From an uncultured Acinetobacter sp. (GTDB lineage Bacteria; Pseudomonadota; Gammaproteobacteria; Pseudomonadales; Moraxellaceae): a stretch of DNA of 64,000 nt. The position numbers and the translations under genes were made by a program. Below the pieces are notes generated by a model that saw nothing but the letters and a program-made list of their open reading frames with translations, was not told where the DNA came from and searched no databases. Position 1 is the stretch's first letter. The number at the start of each line of letters is the position of its first letter. The stretch is from positions 1,039 to 65,038 of the forward strand of contig NZ_CANQTS010000008.1 in the NCBI RefSeq assembly GCF_947626835.1. The letters run 5' to 3'. This document shows positions 29,301-38,296 of this stretch, in pieces.

Positions 29301-29854
29301 ATACCTCACCTTGGGGTGAACAAGGTTTAGGTTTAGGCTTAGCCATTGTACAACGTATGACCAGTATGCTCGATTACCCCGTGCATGTGTATTCTGAGTA
29401 TGGTCAGGGTTCGTGCTTTATGATTGAAGTGCCAATTGTGCCTGCACCAAAAGTAGTGGCACAACCTGTACAAGCTGTACCGCTTAAAACCAAAGCCTAT
29501 AAGATTTTGTGCTTAGACAATGATGAAACTATTTTAGAAGGTATGGCAACTTTATTGACCAAATGGGGCTATCAAGTCTTTAAAGCCACAGAACCTGAAC
29601 AAGCCATGCAGATTATTCAAGATGAGAATATTCAAGTGTGGTTGGTCGATCAGCATTTAAACCATGACAAAGTCGGCCTAGATTTCATTTTGGCGCATCG
29701 TCAGGACAAAGTACCAGTGGCTTTAATTACCGCAGACTCAGATCCTGATCTACCGCAGCGTTTAAAAGAACTGAATATCATATTGCTGCGTAAACCTTTA
29801 AAGCCTGCCGGATTACGGGCTTGGTTATCGGGTTTAAAAATCTCAACGGATTAA
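26363..29854 (+). CDS. crbS: SLC5/STAC-fused hybrid sensor histidine kinase (CrbS/MxtR)
   Basis: N-terminal SSS-like TM domain, PAS (LVAWN), HisKA (ASHDLLQP), HATPase (NALRY, DTGPG), C-terminal receiver; adjacent to actP. Confidence 0.9.
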   Translation: MNSWLIMGVLALYIALLFICAFFGEKHASRLSTRGRMLLFSLTLGVYCSSWTFYGATGAAVREGIIFLPIYLGPLLFIAVGYDIWRRLGRVRQHHAISSIADFVAARYGKSGSLASLVTILAVIAIIPYLALQLRAIALSATVIMDSPTSMASTSNGVLFLTAVLAILAMIFGTRQIANTEQHGGLMLAVAFESFVKLFALIAVALFFIFAEPGNLQQISRDTLNTFQEVQLFGVPDTFWVQTLLAALAIICLPRQFHVAVVELRDEKHIRGARRWFATYLILTTIAIIPIASWALHAAPEYLAIPDVAVLSLPLSYNQDWLSILAFLGGFSASTGMLLVSSVALSIMLSNDLIMPALWRLGLLSRHDKRLPLVLKFTRRVCILAVMLLGFLFFHFFNDIDQLSVFGLLAFSAVAQFAPALIGGLYWRGGSKQGVYAGLIIGFVMWAYTLFLPTVLRSLPEAYFAMSHAFLHQGPLGLVWLRPEALLGFESFAPLTHGVLWSLGLNIVLYVWVSRIFRPSIAEQIQAESFFYYETKPLLAQNTSTDMTYLHHDVARLKVGDLIALAKRITGEGPTVQAFQQFCAQNNVVLNESSSANGMWWRFTEQYLAGTIGAASARTLLTTAMVNNGLALGQVANILDQASQWQRFNQNLIMTMIDHMTQGVSVVDANMCLVAWNNQYLKLFDYPKDIVYVGCPIADLIRYNAERGECGPGSIEEHVRKRIHWMKVGSAHEFERVRKDGRVIQMRGNPIEGGGFVTTFADITTFRENEALLEGRVQDRTQQLADALAEQQLAREQADKANMSKSRFIAAASHDLLQPMHAARLFSTALEQSIQSDEDRKILQQLDRSLHGAESMLSALLDIARLEGGTIQPNRQPYPLHDLLSDLDLQFKSIAAQRGIQFKVHDVQFWIDTDPQWIRRIIQNFVSNALRYTAKGRVIVGVLRSAERPQHIRIGVWDTGPGIAEQQRIKLFQEFERCGHTSPWGEQGLGLGLAIVQRMTSMLDYPVHVYSEYGQGSCFMIEVPIVPAPKVVAQPVQAVPLKTKAYKILCLDNDETILEGMATLLTKWGYQVFKATEPEQAMQIIQDENIQVWLVDQHLNHDKVGLDFILAHRQDKVPVALITADSDPDLPQRLKELNIILLRKPLKPAGLRAWLSGLKISTD

Positions 29855-29858
29855 AAAC

Positions 29859-29889
29859 AAAAAAGACCGCTTCAAGCGGTCTTTTTTTT
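29859..29889. terminator. Bidirectional terminator
   Basis: AAAAAAGACCGCT-TCA-AGCGGTCTTTTTTTT. Confidence 0.85.
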
Positions 29890-29898
29890 CAAGCTGTT

Positions 29899-30549
29899 TT
29901 AAATCTTACGTTCTTCAATATTTAAAGCATTAATGGCTAATACGGCTTGAGTACGGTTTTGTACGCCCAATTTACGGAAAATTGCCGTCACATGCGCTTT
30001 AATGGTCGCTTCAGAGACATCTAACTCATAGGCAATTTGCTTATTGAGTAAACCTTCCGCCACCATCATTAATACGCGAAATTGCTGTGGTGTTAAAGAT
30101 TGAATACGTTCAGCGAGTGCTGTTTCATCGGCTGCACGCGGGTCAAAGTTCATATTGGCAGGCAGGTTAGGTGGTAACCAAATTTCGCCTTCTAAGACTT
30201 GACGGATCGCTTCACCAATATGGCTTGGGTGCGCTGATTTTGGAATATAGCCCATTGCACCATGCGCAATTGAGCGTTGAATAATAGACACTTCTTCATG
30301 TGCCGACACCACAATGATCGGCAAAGCAGGATACTGCGCACGCACGTGTACCAATGCGGAAAAGCCTGAAGCACCGGGTAAGTTTAAATCTAATAAAACA
30401 AGATCAGGCTCAGGACCATTTTCTAAGCGTTCGTAAAATTCATTTACAGCGGCAGTCTCATGAATTTGGGCTTGCGGTAAGCTATAACGCACAGCTTGAA
30501 TTAAAGCATGGCGAAATAAGGGATGATCATCAACGATTAAAATATTCAT
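29899..30549 (-). CDS. crbR: NarL/LuxR-family response regulator (CrbR/ErdR)
   Basis: MNILIVDDHPLFR, LLDLNLPG, LTPQQ..GLLNKQIAYEL HTH. Start corrected to MNILIV. Confidence 0.88.
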   Translation of the reverse strand: MNILIVDDHPLFRHALIQAVRYSLPQAQIHETAAVNEFYERLENGPEPDLVLLDLNLPGASGFSALVHVRAQYPALPIIVVSAHEEVSIIQRSIAHGAMGYIPKSAHPSHIGEAIRQVLEGEIWLPPNLPANMNFDPRAADETALAERIQSLTPQQFRVLMMVAEGLLNKQIAYELDVSEATIKAHVTAIFRKLGVQNRTQAVLAINALNIEERKI

Positions 30550-30922
30550 AAGTAGTGACGCGAAGGATCTGGTACACATTAGGCTCTATTCTAACCACAC
30601 ATCGCCCTTTAGCGATACGCAAGAATCGATTATTTTTTGCCAATGCATGGCATTGTATTCTCAAAAGCCGCTTTTTTCAGCATTTTAGAATAAAAAAAGC
30701 AGATTTTCATATAAATTTTATTCCCAAAGCAGAAAAGTTTATCTTTATGGAATATAAATTTAATATTCAAATACTTAAATTTATTTTTATTCATCAAAAA
30801 AGCAAAAAAAAGCCATATCTTAAAAATAGATAACTTATCTTTTTTTGCGTATTTTACAGAATATGTGATGTGTTGATTAATAGTGAATATTCCGAGCGAG
30901 CAAGACTTACGAGTAATTTACT

Positions 30923-31651
30923 ATGAGCATTTCACTACAAAAACCATTGAACATTGTGGCTGTATCAGGCGGCTTAAATACTCCATCTAAAACCGAAGCA
31001 TTGGTGCAAGAAATTTTAAATGAGTTAGGTGAAGCCACACCAATTCAAGTGCATTTCATTAAATTTAGCGAAATTGGACATTTGTTGGGTGGTGCAATTT
31101 ATCGCAACCAATTACCACAACGTGTACAAGATGATTTAGCGGCTGTTGAAGCAGCTGATGCCTTAATTGTAGGTACACCGGTGTACCGCGCTTCATTTAC
31201 AGGTCTATTTAAACATTTCTTTGATTTTGTCGAACAAACGGCATTGGTGGATGTACCAGTATTATTGGCAGCATCAGGAGGATCTGAGCGTCATGCTTTG
31301 GTACTTGAGCATCAATTGCGCCCATTATTTAGCTTTTTCCAAGCACAAACTTTACCGATTGGCGTGTATGCCACAGATCAAGACTTTAGCGCAGCTTATA
31401 CAGTGCAAAGCGAACATCTACGTGCTCGCATTACCCTAGCGGTAGCACGTGCTTTACCCATTTTACAGTGGGCACCAGCGAAAGGTCAGCGTGCTGACGT
31501 GGTTAAAGAAAAAACCATTCAAGCCAGCCAAAATTTAGGCATTAACACACAAATTGAACAAGCAGAAGTATTGCCATCTGCCGCAGTACCAAGCCTTGAT
31601 GCAGCCGAAGCACGCTTACATGGCAAAAAGACCATCACGGAAGTGGCTTAA
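30923..31651 (+). CDS. msuE: NAD(P)H-dependent FMN reductase (MsuE/SfnF)
   Basis: VSGG..SKT, GTPVYRASFTGLFKHFFD, GGSERHAL. Confidence 0.9.
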   Translation: MSISLQKPLNIVAVSGGLNTPSKTEALVQEILNELGEATPIQVHFIKFSEIGHLLGGAIYRNQLPQRVQDDLAAVEAADALIVGTPVYRASFTGLFKHFFDFVEQTALVDVPVLLAASGGSERHALVLEHQLRPLFSFFQAQTLPIGVYATDQDFSAAYTVQSEHLRARITLAVARALPILQWAPAKGQRADVVKEKTIQASQNLGINTQIEQAEVLPSAAVPSLDAAEARLHGKKTITEVA

Positions 31652-31675
31652 AACAAGATTAAGGAGCAACATGCA

Positions 31676-32761
31676 ATGTCAAAACCAATTACTTTTGCCT
31701 ATTGGGTTCCCAATGTCAGTGGTGGTTTAGTAGTCAGCACCATTGAGCAACGCACCGATTGGAGTTATGAATATAATGTACGTTTAGCACAAGCAGCCGA
31801 GAATAATGGCTTTGACTACGCCCTCACTCAAATTCGTTTTACTGCCGGTTACAATGCAGAATATCAACACGAATCCGTCAGCTTTAGTCATGGTATTTTA
31901 GCCAAAACCGAACGTCTCAAGGTGATTGCGGCGATTTTACCGGGTCCTTGGAAACCTGCGGTGGTGGCTAAGCAACTTGCAACGATTGATCATCTTACCC
32001 AAGGGCGTATTGCGATTAATGTCGTCAGTGGTTGGTTCCGTGGCGAGTTTGATGCGATTGGCGAACCATGGCCTGAGCATGATGTACGCTATCAACGTTC
32101 AGAAGAATTTATTCGCGCTCTAAAAGGCGTGTGGACTCAAGATCAATTTAATTTTGATGGCAAGTTTTATCAATTTAAAGACTATAGCTTAAGTCCAAAA
32201 CCAGTACAAAAACCGCATATTGAAATTTTCCAAGGCGGTAGTTCACGTGCAGCACGCGATATGGCAGCACGCGTGTCGGATTGGTATTTTACCAATGGCA
32301 ATAGCCCTCAAGAACTCAAAAAACAAATTGATGATATTCGTGAAAAAGCACAAGCCAATGGTCATCAGGTTAAAATTGGCGTGAATGCCTTTATTATTGC
32401 CCGTGATACTGAACAAGAAGCTCAAGCTGTTTTACAAGAGATTATTGATAAAGCCCATGTCGCTGCGGTGAATTCTTTTGCTGATGCCACCCGTGAAGCA
32501 GGCGCTGCAACCAATGAAGGTGAAGGCAATTGGGCCAAATCAACTTTTGAAGATTTAGTCCAATATAACGACGGCTTTAAAACCAATTTAATTGGCACAC
32601 CACAGCAAATTGCTGAGCGTATTCTTGAACTGAAACAAGTTGGGGTAGATTTGGTGCTTTCAGGCTTTTTACATGCCATTGAAGAAGTCGAATATTTTGG
32701 CGCTCAAGTTTTACCCTTAGTACGTCAACTAGAGCAACAACAGCAACTTAAATCTGCTTAA
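31676..32761 (+). CDS. sfnG: Dimethylsulfone monooxygenase
   Basis: FAYWVPNVSGGLVVS, QIRFTAGY, LVQYNDGFKTNLIGTP, typical of SfnG. Confidence 0.92.
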   Translation: MSKPITFAYWVPNVSGGLVVSTIEQRTDWSYEYNVRLAQAAENNGFDYALTQIRFTAGYNAEYQHESVSFSHGILAKTERLKVIAAILPGPWKPAVVAKQLATIDHLTQGRIAINVVSGWFRGEFDAIGEPWPEHDVRYQRSEEFIRALKGVWTQDQFNFDGKFYQFKDYSLSPKPVQKPHIEIFQGGSSRAARDMAARVSDWYFTNGNSPQELKKQIDDIREKAQANGHQVKIGVNAFIIARDTEQEAQAVLQEIIDKAHVAAVNSFADATREAGAATNEGEGNWAKSTFEDLVQYNDGFKTNLIGTPQQIAERILELKQVGVDLVLSGFLHAIEEVEYFGAQVLPLVRQLEQQQQLKSA

Positions 32762-32928
32762 AGCATTCTAATAATAATAAATCATCAGCGTACTGTCCCT
32801 TAAGACTCGGCTTAAGGGATTTTTTTGTCTCAGCATTCCAAGGCCATGATGATCTTCTGGCACGAATTGTGCATTTTTCAAGCAAAATAAAAACTGCACA
32901 CTTCAGTGCTCCCAAGGATGAGAACAAG

Positions 32929-33585
32929 ATGAATAAGCCAAAAACTGGGTTTGTGAGCGGCACCATGGTACACACTGCCTGTGGGTTAAAACCCATTCAG
33001 GATTTAAATGTTGGTGAACTAATTTTAACTTACTCTCTTGATGGCTATACCGTATTTCAGCCTATTGTTCAGATTGATAAAACTGTCCAAGCCATTTATC
33101 GTTGTACTTTATTAAACGAAGAAGATCCGCAATCGTGCACCGTAGATTATTTGTTTACGGCACCCGAACAACACATTTTTGCGCACAATGCTTGGACCTG
33201 TGTGTTAAATCCTGAGCAAAAACAGCTACGAGCCTTTAGTTTAGCCAAGCAGCCGTTAAGCTTATGGCAAGGCAAACCCATTTTTGCAGTAAATACACGT
33301 ACCCAACAAACCATTGGTTTAAATGCAGCCACGTTTAGCCGTGACTTATATCCCAATGGCAAAGATGATGAATTTATTTGCATCTCAAACAAAGGCTTAG
33401 TGCATTATCCCAATACAGATTGTCAGTTTAAGTTTTCTCATGTGGCTGCACCGTTGTATCGCAACAGCGTCAATTAGCACAGCCTTTAGCAAAATACCTT
33501 AGTGCTTCCTGTGTACCAATTAAAACTGGCACATAGTGATAATTATTTTGTGGGTGAAGCTGGAATTTTGGCACGCGCCAGTTAA
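32929..33585 (+). pseudogene. Stand-alone Hint-domain gene interrupted by two in-frame TAG stops
   Basis: N-terminal Hint block TGFVSGTMVHTACGLKPIQDLNVGELIL. TAG at 33475 and 33487. The same frame resumes with the C-terminal block LPVYQLKLAHSDNYFVGEAGILARAS, TAA at 33583-33585. Confidence 0.65.
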
Positions 33586-33614
33586 AAAAAGCCCGCAACT
33601 GCGGACTTAGATAT

Positions 33615-34793
33615 TTAAGAATAGAAGCTCGGTTTGGGGAATTTATTGCTCACTACCCATTCACCAATTTCTTGATACTTATAATCTACAGGGTCATGCA
33701 AAGTTTGGGTACGCACATTGCGCCAAAAACGATCTAAATTCAATTGAGCAGTGGTGGCGCGCGCGCCCATCACTTGGAATATATTTTGAGTAATGGCTAA
33801 ACTGCTATTGGTGGCGGCGATCTTCGCTGTGGCAATCGCAACTGCTGCCTCTCCACGCTGTTCAGGGCTTAAATTTTGACCTTCATTCCATGCACTTTGT
33901 AAGCTTGCTACCGCTTTGGCTGCTAATAAACGAACACTTTCCAGTTGCACATAAAATTCAGCAAAATGCCGCTGAATATAAGGATCATCGACTGCCTGTT
34001 CAGTCAGTGACTTGGACCACGCTTTTTGCCCCTGTACGGCATGTTTGGCGGTGTTAAATGCGCCTTCTGCTACACCTAAAAACATATGCACAAAAATCAA
34101 TTGCGCAATCAAAGGACGTACACTTGAATATGGTGTACTTAAAGGTCCAGGATTAAGTAGCAATTCATGTTGATGAATTTTGACTTGTTCAAAATGACTG
34201 GTGCCACTATCGGTTTGGCGTTGTCCCATATTGTTCCAATCGCCTAAGAAACTCACACCCTCGCGTTGCGTTGGAATCACAGCTATCAGTAATTTACCTT
34301 CAGGATTATAAGCAGAACATAGCAACATATCTGAGTCTATTGAGCCTGAGCAAAAGCTTTTATCACCATGAAAGATATATTCATTTTCATTGATTTTTGT
34401 AGCTGTGACACGTCGATCAAGTGGATTTAAAGTGTTGCCCCAAAACAGATTTTCTTGAACTGTTTTTTCAAACCAAGGCGCGTATTGTTGTGGTTGCGCA
34501 AACAATTTGACTGTGGCTATCAGTAAATGATGAAAAGCATAGACATGCGCCAACGAGCTATCGGCACGGGCAATGCTTTGAATAGTGGCAAAAATCGTTG
34601 CCCAATCGGCACCTTGTCCACCAAATTCTTTGGGGATGGATAAACTCAGTAAGCCACTTTGACGAATTAAATCGCGCTCTTTTTTAGGGTTACCGCCTTG
34701 TTTGTCACGCTGTGCGGCAGTTTGTGCAAATTGTTCGGCAAGAGATTCAGCAATGCTCAGCGGATCGAGGCTATTTTGATGTGTAATATTCAT
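33615..34793 (-). CDS. Acyl-CoA-dehydrogenase-fold flavin monooxygenase, SfnB/DszC-like
   Basis: GDKSFCSGS, WNNMGQRQTDSGT, LDRFWRNVRTQTLHDPVDYK. Start taken at MNITH. Confidence 0.88.
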   Translation of the reverse strand: MNITHQNSLDPLSIAESLAEQFAQTAAQRDKQGGNPKKERDLIRQSGLLSLSIPKEFGGQGADWATIFATIQSIARADSSLAHVYAFHHLLIATVKLFAQPQQYAPWFEKTVQENLFWGNTLNPLDRRVTATKINENEYIFHGDKSFCSGSIDSDMLLCSAYNPEGKLLIAVIPTQREGVSFLGDWNNMGQRQTDSGTSHFEQVKIHQHELLLNPGPLSTPYSSVRPLIAQLIFVHMFLGVAEGAFNTAKHAVQGQKAWSKSLTEQAVDDPYIQRHFAEFYVQLESVRLLAAKAVASLQSAWNEGQNLSPEQRGEAAVAIATAKIAATNSSLAITQNIFQVMGARATTAQLNLDRFWRNVRTQTLHDPVDYKYQEIGEWVVSNKFPKPSFYS

Positions 34794-35216
34794 AGTAATA
34801 CTTAATGCTTCCAATATTTTTAGATTAGCAGAACTGTGGCTTATGCCTTAGCTAAATGCTTGATGTACTTATGGTAAAAAATAAAATGCGCTCATGTAAG
34901 CTGAGCTTAAATGCTTTGTTTCATTAGTTTTATTATTTACTCTGATCCTTTTAACTTAAGCCACCAATACCTTCTTTTATCAGCTTGAGCATAGCTCAAT
35001 CTTTGCACTTTAGTGTGCTTATTTATGTAAACTGAATCTATAAATCGCGATCAAAAGCCAGCTGTTAGGCTAACAAGATCAAATAAATCAAGCATAAAAT
35101 TTTGATCTATTTATAACTCTTGTTCAGCAGGTATTTTGAGTAAAAAGAGTAACTCAAGTTAATTTTTTAGCAATTTTCAGGCACAATAAAACAAAATTTT
35201 ATCAATTGGAAAACCT

Positions 35217-36182
35217 GTGGCTGAACAAGAGAATGCCTCAAAAGATTTGTCCGAAGGTGCGGCTAATTTAATTCAAGAGGCCAGCAATAAAACTGCTGAG
35301 GCGGTGAGTTTATATGCTAAAACCTCTATTGAGGCGTATTCCACCATTGATCATTTTATTGATTTATTTTGGCAACGCCTGCCCTACATTTGCATTGCAA
35401 TTGTGGTGTTTACTATTTTTTATTTACTCTCGAAAGTATTTAAATTATTTGTACGTAAGGCATTATCAGAACGCTCTTATACCAAACAAAATTTAGTTTT
35501 GGTGCTCAATCGGGTTGGTAGTTCTGCAATCATCTTTTTTGGTTTTTTAATTGCCATGGTGATTGCCATTCCGGGCTTTACACCGGGTCAACTGATGAGT
35601 GCCCTCGGGATTGGTTCGGTTGCCATTGGTTTTGCTTTTAAAGATATTTTCCAAAACTTGCTTTCAGGAATTTTAATTTTATTGGGCGAGCCGTTTAAAA
35701 TTGGCGACGACATTATTGTTTCAGGTATGGAAGGTACGGTCGAAGACATTCAAATTCGCGCAACATTTTTACGCTCTCCCGATGGACGTCGTATTGTCAT
35801 TCCAAATGCTACGGTTTACACCAGTCCAGTCACAGTCAATACAGCCTATCCGCGTCGTCGTTGTCAGTTTGTGGTGGGTATTGGTTATGAAGATGATGTA
35901 CAAAAAGCCAAAGACATCATTATGAGCATTTTAGATAAAGACCAAACTATTTTAAGCCAACCGGGCTTTAGCGTTAATGTGAATGCACTGGCGGATTTTT
36001 CGGTCAATTTAAATGTCACATGGTGGGTCAATACCTCAGAAACCACCATGTCAGGTTCAATTAGTGATGTCCAACAACGCGTGATTAAAGCCTTTGCTGA
36101 ACATGGCATTTCAATTCCTTACCCTGTACAAGAAGTGAAAGTCTATCGTGGCGACCCTGTTGTAGATTCAAGTGCTAAATAA
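35217..36182 (+). CDS. Small-conductance mechanosensitive channel family protein
   Basis: GFAFKDIFQNLLSG, PFKIGD, GTVEDIQIRAT, IPYP. Confidence 0.92.
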   Translation: MAEQENASKDLSEGAANLIQEASNKTAEAVSLYAKTSIEAYSTIDHFIDLFWQRLPYICIAIVVFTIFYLLSKVFKLFVRKALSERSYTKQNLVLVLNRVGSSAIIFFGFLIAMVIAIPGFTPGQLMSALGIGSVAIGFAFKDIFQNLLSGILILLGEPFKIGDDIIVSGMEGTVEDIQIRATFLRSPDGRRIVIPNATVYTSPVTVNTAYPRRRCQFVVGIGYEDDVQKAKDIIMSILDKDQTILSQPGFSVNVNALADFSVNLNVTWWVNTSETTMSGSISDVQQRVIKAFAEHGISIPYPVQEVKVYRGDPVVDSSAK

Positions 36183-36878
36183 GCGCCCAATCAAATAAGG
36201 AATCACTGTTTCGGTGCGAATAATACGGTTGCCTAAGTTTGCTGCTTGGCAGCCGTTTTTTATGAGTAAATCAATCTCATAAGGAATAAAACCGCCTTCT
36301 GGCCCAATCACAATAGTACACGGCTGATTGATCGCATGTGGCATGGCTTGCTCTATATAAGGATGTGCAACAAAAGCTGGTTTAGCTTCAGTGATTAACA
36401 TTGGTAGCACATCCTCGACAAATGGTTTAAAGCGTTTATACAGCTCAACTTTTGGAGCAATGGTATCACCTGCTTGCTCAAGTCCAAGTTCAATATAATG
36501 ATTCACTTGCTGCAAAAATGGGGTTTGCCAATAGCTTTTATCCACCCGATAACTATGAATTAAGATAATTTTCTCAACGCCTAAGGTCACCGCATCCATA
36601 ATTAAACGTCGTAAAACTTTAGGGCGTGGCAGCGCCACAATTAAGGTAACAGGTAATTTTTGGGGTACATTTTCTTGTTGGATCGGCTGAATCTGAACAA
36701 CACTTGGACCAACTTGCAACACTTTGGTTAAATAACGCGCGCCTTCGGCAATGCCAACTTTGAGCGTATCACCAACTTGTAGATTGATATGCGTATGTAG
36801 ATGCTCAAGCTGACGTTTGGATGTGATGCTCCACACTTCATTTTGAGTTTGGCGAGGGTCAAGTAAGACAATATTCAT
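36168..36878 (-). CDS. rsmE: 16S rRNA m3U1498 methyltransferase
   Basis: SPOUT motifs IGPEGGF and LGNRIIRTET. Confidence 0.9.
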   Translation of the reverse strand: MNIVLLDPRQTQNEVWSITSKRQLEHLHTHINLQVGDTLKVGIAEGARYLTKVLQVGPSVVQIQPIQQENVPQKLPVTLIVALPRPKVLRRLIMDAVTLGVEKIILIHSYRVDKSYWQTPFLQQVNHYIELGLEQAGDTIAPKVELYKRFKPFVEDVLPMLITEAKPAFVAHPYIEQAMPHAINQPCTIVIGPEGGFIPYEIDLLIKNGCQAANLGNRIIRTETVIPYLIGRLFST

Positions 36879-36887
36879 AAGCGCCTG

Positions 36888-38168
36888 TTAAAGATAAGTG
36901 TCGAGGAATTGGATATGCCGTGCCAATGCACCTTGGTTACGTTGCATCACCTGTTGGGCATTTAAATTAAGCTGTTGGCGCTGCTCTAAATTATCAATCA
37001 AGCTGAGCAATATTGTGCAAGCATGTTTAAAATCGCGCACAACTTTTACCCCATCTACCGCCACAAACTCATCAACGATACTTTGGAAATTAAAATACTG
37101 TTGCCCTAATACCGTTGCCACACCCAGTGCAATAGGCTCCAAAATATTATGGCCACCACCGGGCTGATTAAGTGAGCCCCCTACATAGCAGGCTTGAGTT
37201 AAAGCGTACCATAGCCACATCTCACCCATCGAATCGGCCAAATAGACTTGTGTATCGGGCTGAATACTTTGCCCTAAACTACGGCGTTGGGTATTTAAAT
37301 TTAAGGCCTGACAGGCTGCAAAAACTTCATCAAAACGCTCAGGATGACGTGGTACCACAATACAAACTAAATTGAGATCAGCCATTAAAGCAGGTTTAAG
37401 CTGCTCAAGCAGTTTCACTTCTTCAGGGGCATGGGTACTGGCAAGCGTAATAATTTTACGCTGCGTTAATTGCCACTCTTTTTTAAGCTTTTGTGCTTGT
37501 TGTATAAAGTGTTGTGGCGCACCAATGTCAAATTTTACGCTACCTAAAACTTGGGTTTTTTCAACAGGCATGCCGAGTTTAATAAAACGTTGCTGCGTGG
37601 CTTGATCTTGCGCCAATAAAGCATCCAAACACTGTAACATTCCTCGGGTTAAACCTTTGACTTTGGCATAGCCGCGTGCTGATTTTTCTGATAAGCGTGC
37701 ATTTAATACAATACACGGCACATTAAATTCTTGTGCCACATCAATTAAATTTGGCCACAATTCTGTTTCCATTAACGCTAAGATTTTAGGTTGATATTTT
37801 TGGTAAAAGTTACGCACTAAATCACGTTGATCGGCAGGCAAATACACTGCCTGAAACAGATGCTCATATTCAGGTTTTAAAAATAAGGCTTTGGCTCTAG
37901 CTTGACCGGTTTTGGTGGTATTGGTGACTAAAACTGCATGACCTTGCTTTAAATAATGCTCGATGATCGGCTGTGCTGCGTTGGTTTCGCCAACCGAAAC
38001 CACATGAAACCACAGTGCTTTTAAATTTTTAGGCGTTTGAAAAGGCCCAAAACGCTCAAGGCATTCTTGTTGCAACGCTTGTGGTGAAGTAGCACGTTTT
38101 TGAATACGTGCACGATAAATTGGCTGAATAAGTTTTAATGCTGCGTTATACCAAAACGGAGTAGCCAA
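36888..38168 (-). CDS. waaA: Kdo transferase
   Basis: WFHVVSVGE, METELWPN, VPRHPERF, GGHNILEP. Confidence 0.96.
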   Translation of the reverse strand: MATPFWYNAALKLIQPIYRARIQKRATSPQALQQECLERFGPFQTPKNLKALWFHVVSVGETNAAQPIIEHYLKQGHAVLVTNTTKTGQARAKALFLKPEYEHLFQAVYLPADQRDLVRNFYQKYQPKILALMETELWPNLIDVAQEFNVPCIVLNARLSEKSARGYAKVKGLTRGMLQCLDALLAQDQATQQRFIKLGMPVEKTQVLGSVKFDIGAPQHFIQQAQKLKKEWQLTQRKIITLASTHAPEEVKLLEQLKPALMADLNLVCIVVPRHPERFDEVFAACQALNLNTQRRSLGQSIQPDTQVYLADSMGEMWLWYALTQACYVGGSLNQPGGGHNILEPIALGVATVLGQQYFNFQSIVDEFVAVDGVKVVRDFKHACTILLSLIDNLEQRQQLNLNAQQVMQRNQGALARHIQFLDTYL

Positions 38169-38296
38169 GAAATCGCCTCAAATCACAAGCCATGAAAGCG
38201 CAGAATATAGCAGAGAAGTGCTTGTATGAATAGAAACAGCCAAATGGCAATGACATAAAAGCGCCGAGTCAGCACTCGACGCTTTGAGTTTTTTTG

